Shown here piece after piece: positions 57,701-64,000 of a stretch of 64,000 nt of DNA. The notes beneath the pieces were generated by a model, which was not told where the DNA came from, searched no databases, and saw only the letters and a program-made list of their open reading frames with translations. The stretch is from Macrostomum lignano (lineage: Eukaryota), in the NCBI GenBank assembly GCA_002269645.1, contig NIVC01001385.1, positions 219,539 to 283,538 of the forward strand. Direction: 5' to 3'. The position numbers and the translations under genes were made by a program. Numbering within the stretch: position 1 is the stretch's first letter; every line of letters starts with the position of its first letter.

Positions 57701-60700
57701 CAGACAGTTAGTCAGCTCCCAAGTGGTGCTACAGAAAGTCATTCAAGCGAAAGTGCAAATGCTAAGAGGAAACGGCGATCTGCTCAAGGTGAGCACTGCA
57801 TGAGCATTGCTTTGTCTGCATGAAGGTACATGTACTTTAAGCGGGAGTGTTTGGGAGCCTTGGCAAATAAGGCAATGGATATTTTGGGCGGGCATCGGCA
57901 GGACAGAAAAACACATACACTTGGGCACTTATTGGGACAACATTGTGCGGATGTGATGTTTGAGGCATTTATTGGGACGCACTTAATGGGACATGGAGTC
58001 TGTTATTTTTAACGCGGCTCTGGCTGTGACTAGAAAATGGTTCTTGTAGTTGAGCCAGCAAAGCATAGCTCTCTCTAAATAAACAAAACAGAATAGTAGC
58101 TTTCTAAGTAGCTCGAGTTTGAGTTTGGGAATCTGTGAAACTTTGCTCAGCCAATGATTACGTTCATGAAGTGTGTCTACACTACACAACTCCTTTGACA
58201 CAGCTTCTGAAGTCGAGAGTTCCGCTGACGCGTCGCGGATTGAGCCCAACTTGAATGCGGTCTCCGCAAGCACAGACGCCACTGGTTCAAGCCTTGTCGC
58301 TGAACTAGCTAGTGCCATTCCGCCTGCTCAACAGCAGCCTCCAGCCGGCTTCAGCCAGACAGTTAGTCAGCTCCCAAGTGGTGCTACAGAAAGTCATTCA
58401 AGCGAAAGTGCAAATGCTAAGAGGAACGGCGATCTGCTCAAGGTGAGCACTGCATGAGCATTGCTTTGTCTGCATGAAGGTACATGTACTTTAAGCGGGA
58501 GTGTTTGGGAGCCTTGGCAAATAAGGCAATGGATATTTGGGCGGGCATCGGCAGGACAGAAAAACACATACACTTGGGCACTTATTGGGACAACATTGTG
58601 CGGATGTGATGTTTGAGGCATTTATTGGGACGCACTTAATGGGACATGGAGTCTGTTATTTTTAACGCGGCTCTGGCTGTGACTAGAAAATGGTTCTTGT
58701 AGTTGAGCCAGCAAAGCATAGCTCTCTCTAAATAAACAAAACAGAATAGTAGCTTTCTAAGTAGCTCGAGTTTGAGTTTGGGAATCTGTGAAACTTTGCT
58801 CAGCCAATGATTACGTTCATGAAGTGTGTCTACACTACACAACTCCTTTGACACAGCTTCTGAAGTCGAGAGTTCCGCTGACGCGTCGCGGATTGAGCCC
58901 AACTTGAATGCGGTCTCCGCAAGCACAGACGCCATGGTTCAAGCCTTGTCGCTGAACTAGCTAGTGCCATTCCGCCTGCTCAACAGCAGCCTCCAGCCGG
59001 CTTCAGCCAGACAGTTAGTCAGCTCCCAAGTGTGCTACAGAAAGTCATTCAAGCGAAAGTGCAAATGCTAAGAGGAAACGGCGATCTGCTCAAGGTGAGC
59101 ACTGCATGAGCATTGCTTTGTCTGCATGAAGGTACATGTACTTTAAGCGGGAGTGTTTGGGAGCCTTGGCAAATAAGGCAATGGATATTTTGGGCGGGCA
59201 TCGGCAGGACAGAAACACATACACTTGGGCACTTATTGGGACAACATTGTGCGGATGTGATGTTTGAGGCATTTATTGGGACGCACTTAATGGGACATGG
59301 AGTCTGTTATTTTAACGCGGCTCTGGCTGTGACTAGAAAATGGTTCTTGTAGTTGAGCCAGCAAAGCATAGCTCTCTCTAAATAAACAAAACAGAATAGT
59401 AGCTTTCTAAGTAGCTCGAGTTTGAGTTTGGGAATCTGTGAAACTTTGCTCAGCCAATGATTACGTTCATGAAGTGTGTCTACACTACAACTCCTTTGAC
59501 ACAGCTTCTGAAGTCGAGAGTTCCGCTGACGCGTCGCGGATTGAGCCCAACTTGAATGCGGTCTCCGCAAGCACAGACGCCACTGGTTCAAGCCTTGTCG
59601 CTGAACTAGCTAGTGCCATTCCGCCTGCTCAACAGCAGCCTCCAGCCGGCTTCAGCCAGACAGTTAGTCAGCTCCCAAGTGGTGCCTACAGAAAGTCATT
59701 CAAGCGAAAGTGCAAATGCTAGAGGAAACGGCGATCTGCTCAAGGTGAGCACTGCATGAGCATTGCTTTGTCTGCATGAAGGTACATGTACTTTAAGCGG
59801 GAGTGTTTGGGAGCCTTGGCAAATAAGGCAATGGATATTTTGGGCGGGCATCGGCAGGACAGAAAAACACATACACTTGGGCACTTATTGGGACAACATT
59901 GTGCGGATGTGATGTTTGAGGCATTTATTGGGACGCACTTAATGGGACATGGAGTCTGTTATTTTTAACGCGGCTCTGGCTGTGACTAGAAAATGGTTTT
60001 GTAGTTGAGCCAGCAAAGCATAGCTCTCTCTAAAAAACAAAACAGAATAGTAGCTTTCTAAGTAGCTCGAGTTTGAGTTTGGGAATCTGTGAAACTTTGC
60101 TCAGCCAATGATTACGTTCATGAAGTGTGTCTACACTACACAACTCCTTTGACACAGCTTCTGAAGTCGAGAGTTCCGCTGACGCGTCGCGGATTGAGCC
60201 CAACTTGAATGCGGTCTCCGCAAGCACAGACGCCACTGGTTCAAGCCTTGTCGCTGAACTAGCTAGTGCCATTCCGCCTGCTCAACAGCAGCCTCCAGCC
60301 GGCTTCAGCAGACAGTTAGTCAGCTCCCAAGTGGTGCTACAGAAAGTCATTCAAGCGAAAGTGCAAATGCTAAGAGGAAACGGCGATCTGCTCAAGGTGA
60401 GCACTGCATGAGCATTGCTTTGTCTGCATGAAGGTACATGTACTTTAAGCGGGAGTGTTTGGAGCCTTGGCAAATAAGCAATGGATATTTTGGGCGGCAT
60501 CGGCAGGACAGAAAAACACATACACTTGGGCACTTTTGGGACAACATTGTGCGGATGTGATGTTTGAGGCATTTATTGGGACGCACTTATGGGACATGGA
60601 GTCTGTTATTTTTAACGCGGCTCTGGCTGTGACTAGAAATGGTTCTTGTAGTTGAGCCAGCAAAGCATAGCTCTCTCTAATAAACAAAACAGAATAGTAG

Positions 60701-61710
60701 CTTTCTAAGTAGCTCGAGTTTGAGTTTGGGAATCTGTGAAACTTTGCTCAGCCAATGATTACGTTCATGAAGTGTGTCTACACTACACAACTCCTTTGAC
60801 ACAGCTTCTGAAGTCGAGAGTTCCGCTGACGCGTCGCGGATTGAGCCCAACTTGAATGCGCGTCTCCGCAAGCACAGACGCCACTGGTTCAAGCCTTGTC
60901 GCTGAACTAGCTAGTGCCATTCCGCCTGCTCAACAGCAGCCTCCAGCCGGCTTCAGCCAGACAGTTAGTCAGCTCCAAGTGGTGCTACAGAAAGTCATTC
61001 AAGCGAAAGTGCAAATGCTAAGAGGAAACGGCGATCTGCTCAAGGTGAGCACTGCATGAGCATTGCTTTGTCTGCATGAAGGTACATGTATTTAAGCGGG
61101 AGTGTTTGGGAGCCTTGGCAAAATAAGCAATGGATATTTTGGGCGGGCATCGGCAGGACAGAAAACACATACACTTGGCACTTATTGGGACAACATTGTG
61201 CGGATGTGATGTTTGAGGCATTTATTGGGACGCACTTAATGGGACATGGAGTCTGTTATTTTTAACGCGGCTCTGGCTGTGACTAGAAAATGGTTCTTGT
61301 AGTTGAGCCAGCAAAGCATAGCTCTCTCTAAATAAACAAAACAGAATAGTAGCTTTCTAAGTAGCTCGAGTTTGAGTTTGGGAATCTGTGAAACTTTGCT
61401 CAGCAATGATTACGTTCATGAAGTGTGTCTACACTACACTCCTTTGCACAGCTTCTGAAGTCGAGAGTTCCGCTGACGCGTCGCGGATTGAGCCCAACTT
61501 GAATGCGGTCTCCGCAAGCACAGACGCCACTGTTCAAGCTTTGACACAGCTTCTGAAGTCGAGAGTTCCGCTGACGCGTCGCGGATTGAGCCCAACTTGA
61601 ATGCGGTCTCCGCAAGCACAGACGCCACTGGTTCAAGCCTTGTCGCTGAACTAGCTAGTGCCATTCAGCCTGCTCAACAGCAGCCTCCAGCCGGCTTCAG
61701 CAGACAGTTA
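48763..61710 (+). repeat. Tandem array of ~19.8 x 655-bp units; each unit = ~415-nt intron + 240-nt symmetric (phase 1-1) exon
   Basis: 655-bp periodicity in the ORF track (49005, 49660, 50315...). The first exon is 49036-49275, bounded by CACAG| and |GTGAG, and encodes ASEVESSADASRIEPNLNAV..NAKRKRRSAQ. Confidence 0.95.
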
Positions 61711-64000
61711 ATCAGCCCCAAGGTTGTCGCGAAATCGATCAGTTCCTTTGTGCACCTGTGGCGTATTGTTCTGAAGATGCAAACTTTGCGATTTTAAAAC
61801 CGGTCTCGAATCCGAAGTCGTGCTGTGAGCCACATTTTGGGGCTCTGGCTTTTGCTGCTGATGATAGTGATCCATATCATCTGGAAAGCAATACTGGAAC
61901 CGATTGTTCAGCTGGAGCTGTAGTGGGTTGCTCAAATTACGAGAATTTGGCCGCCGACAATTCGAATTTTTATCCTCAGATGAATGCCTTGTCTGTGGTT
62001 CAAGATTTTTCTGCGCATTCGATGCCGTCCCAACTCGTTGATTTTGTAACTGCGAAAGCTGAAGATGGTGATCAAGTGACCTTTTCGGCTAATGTCAATG
62101 TTAGTTCCGCGCGGATTGAAGAAGAAAGTGTCTCAGTTACTCTACCTGTTTCCTTGAAGCCTGAGGATGACGCAGGATGCAGTGTTGTTTTGCAGAAGCT
62201 TGTCAGTTCGCGAACAAAGCTTCATTACTGCAAATATTGTGGCAAAATGTTGACGAAAATCTCTCGGCACTACAAAACCGCTCATAAAAGCAGAGTCTGA
62301 CGTTAAGCGCTTGCAGCAGATCCGCCGTAAGTCCATTCGTAGAAAGGCATTTAAGGCCCTTGAAAGCGAAGGCGATTATATTCACAATAAAATGGTTTTG
62401 GCAAAACGAGAAGGTGAATTAATAATTGCAAGGAGACAAAAGGACGATGAAAATTCTCCTGGGAGTTTTCTTCCCTGTCATCGATGCTTTCAATTCATAA
62501 AGAAGGATCTTCTCTACCGCCACAGAAATGCATGCTCCGGTAGCCTATCTGAAATTATTAAGGAAGACGAGAATGACTCCGATGAAGACACTGAGAACTC
62601 TTCGCCCTCCGAGTCAGAGAGTGCAGAAGCGCGCCTAAAAAATCCTACGAACAATCACTACGTGCAGCTGTCTCGAATTCTGCTAAAAATCCAGAGCCTG
62701 CTTCAAACTTCTGGAACCAGATTCGGAACTCTTTAAGACAGTTCTCTCAAGACTCATTTGTGATGATCTGTTTGATACAATCTGCAAAGATGAGCTTTTA
62801 CTTCGTTTAGGTGATCGTTATTTGTCTAAGCAAAAAAAGGTGAACCAGGCAGCACGTGTCTAGTAAAATCAGGGATGCAGCTCGTGTTTTTATTCAGCTA
62901 CAGCAGTTGCATGGTGATTATAGCTTAAGACACTTTCTGCAACCACAGTATTTTGATGATTGGATCGAAGTTATCCGAAAGTTATCGAATGAGGCCCCAA
63001 CATTCGCACTACGCATGGTCATTCAATACCGCATCTGTGCAATATCCTAATCGGTGAAGCGATTAGGACTTCTAATGATGGCCTTAAAAAGTCCGCATCT
63101 GACTTTCTTGAGCTGAAAAATACTGAGTACCACCATCTCGTTACTGCGAAGAGCCTCAAGACAATAAGTGAAAGAGCAGCACGCTTGTGCAGGACTGTGT
63201 ACCGCTGACGGACGACATAGTAAAACTTTCCACTTTTATGAAGTCGGCGATTGTCGATAAAATCGAAGAGCTCAAGACAGGAACATTGGATTCAAATGTT
63301 CCTTTGTTGTACGTGAACTAGTCTACCTAATCATGACAAAACTAACTTTTTTCAACCGGCGCCGATCCAGTGAGATTTCTCAAATGGTAATGGCGATGTA
63401 GATGCAGCTTCGGCATCTCACACGCAGGATGACCTGCATCAGTATTTGACGCCACTCGAGAAGGAACTCGCCAGCAGGTTAAAGGTCATAAATATATCAG
63501 GCAAAAGAGGACGAATCTGTGCCTATCGTTATCGATCGAATTTGTTGGGATGGACTGATGTGCCTAAAAGACTGTCGCGAGGCTGCCGGTGTAAGCCGAA
63601 AGAACGTATTTGTGTTTGCGATTCCTGGCTATGAACAATCCGTCTACAGATGTCCTGTGGCAATCGACAAAGTAGTGAAAATGAGCTCACTCCAAACTGC
63701 AACGAGCGGATCTCCTTCGCTCAAGATTTTTAAGGAAGCATTGTGCGACTGTTTCGCAACTTCTTGACTTAAAAGACAATGAGCTAGATTGGCTAGCTCG
63801 CCATCTCGGCCATGATATACTGTCCACAGACAGTTCTACAGATTACATCAAATACTCTCGAGCTAGCAAAGGTTTCGAAGATTTTGGAGTTGATGGAGAG
63901 TGGGAACCTGAAGAAATTTAAAGGAAAGGGTCTGGAAGAAATAACATTAGAAGATTTATCAGAGCCGCCGTTGGATGACCATGATGAGACAGCAGAGTTA
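61550..64000 (+). CDS. Terminal exon: C2H2-like zinc finger + tyrosine-recombinase-like catalytic domain (Crypton-like); frameshifted in this sequence and truncated by the window end
   Basis: CKYCGKMLTKISRHYKTAH; EGDYIHNKMVL; LPCHRC..LYRHRNAC; FNRRRSSE (63351-63374); GKRGR (63500-63514); LRKHCAT (63730-63750); LGH (63805-63813); VHRQFY (Tyr 63837-63839). These follow the R..K..xxxR..H..Y order of tyrosine recombinases. The frameshifts are mostly single-base losses in homopolymers. Confidence 0.8.

Larger units (their letters stand above)
47804..64000 (+). mobile_element. Putative Crypton-like (YR-only) DNA transposon or domesticated derivative, probably inside a cadherin intron
   Basis: Spliced YR gene with no RT or gag nearby. 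It lies downstream of a cadherin exon that ends with an open donor (46501|GTGAGT). Element termini were not identified. Confidence 0.55.

Noticed and set aside
48815-61221. Repeated minus-strand ORFs (MCSVDTLHERNH.., MPKCMCFS..) and the plus-strand MYFKRECLG.. ORF
   Set aside because: They are short by-products of the repeat unit. Only the 240-nt segment has matching splice sites and continuity with the flanking exons.
48763-61710. CRISPR-like or integron-cassette interpretation of the 655-bp array
   Set aside because: The units are essentially identical with no unique spacers or variable cassettes, and the context is eukaryotic with spliceosomal signals.

Overview
Eukaryotic (animal) genomic DNA. 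The GC-rich exons, minisatellite-laden introns and receptor type suggest a free-living flatworm such as Macrostomum, but this is inference only. All analysis was done by eye, without searches. (1) 1.9-22.8 kb holds three close paralogs of an intronless rhodopsin-class orphan GPCR. Two are intact and one is interrupted by a Gypsy LTR element and by a LOA/R1-like non-LTR element. The non-LTR element begins exactly with a predicted HDV/CPEB3-type self-cleaving ribozyme. Also present are Tc1 and DIRS-like remnants, an 85-bp CCAAT-box array and two small orphan genes. (2) 25.1-46.5 kb holds a giant cadherin: 20 phase-compatible exons, 1913 codons, a signal peptide and 17 complete EC repeats, with no TM segment inside the window. 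Most of its introns carry their own mini/microsatellite, and one contains an antisense nested PAN-like/fibrinogen-domain gene. (3) 47.8-64 kb holds a spliced tyrosine-recombinase (Crypton-like) gene. It contains a ~13-kb array of ~20 x 655-bp units, and each unit is an intron plus a frame-preserving 240-nt exon. The last unit runs directly into the zinc-finger/recombinase exon. Single-base homopolymer deletions increase toward the right end and may be consensus errors.
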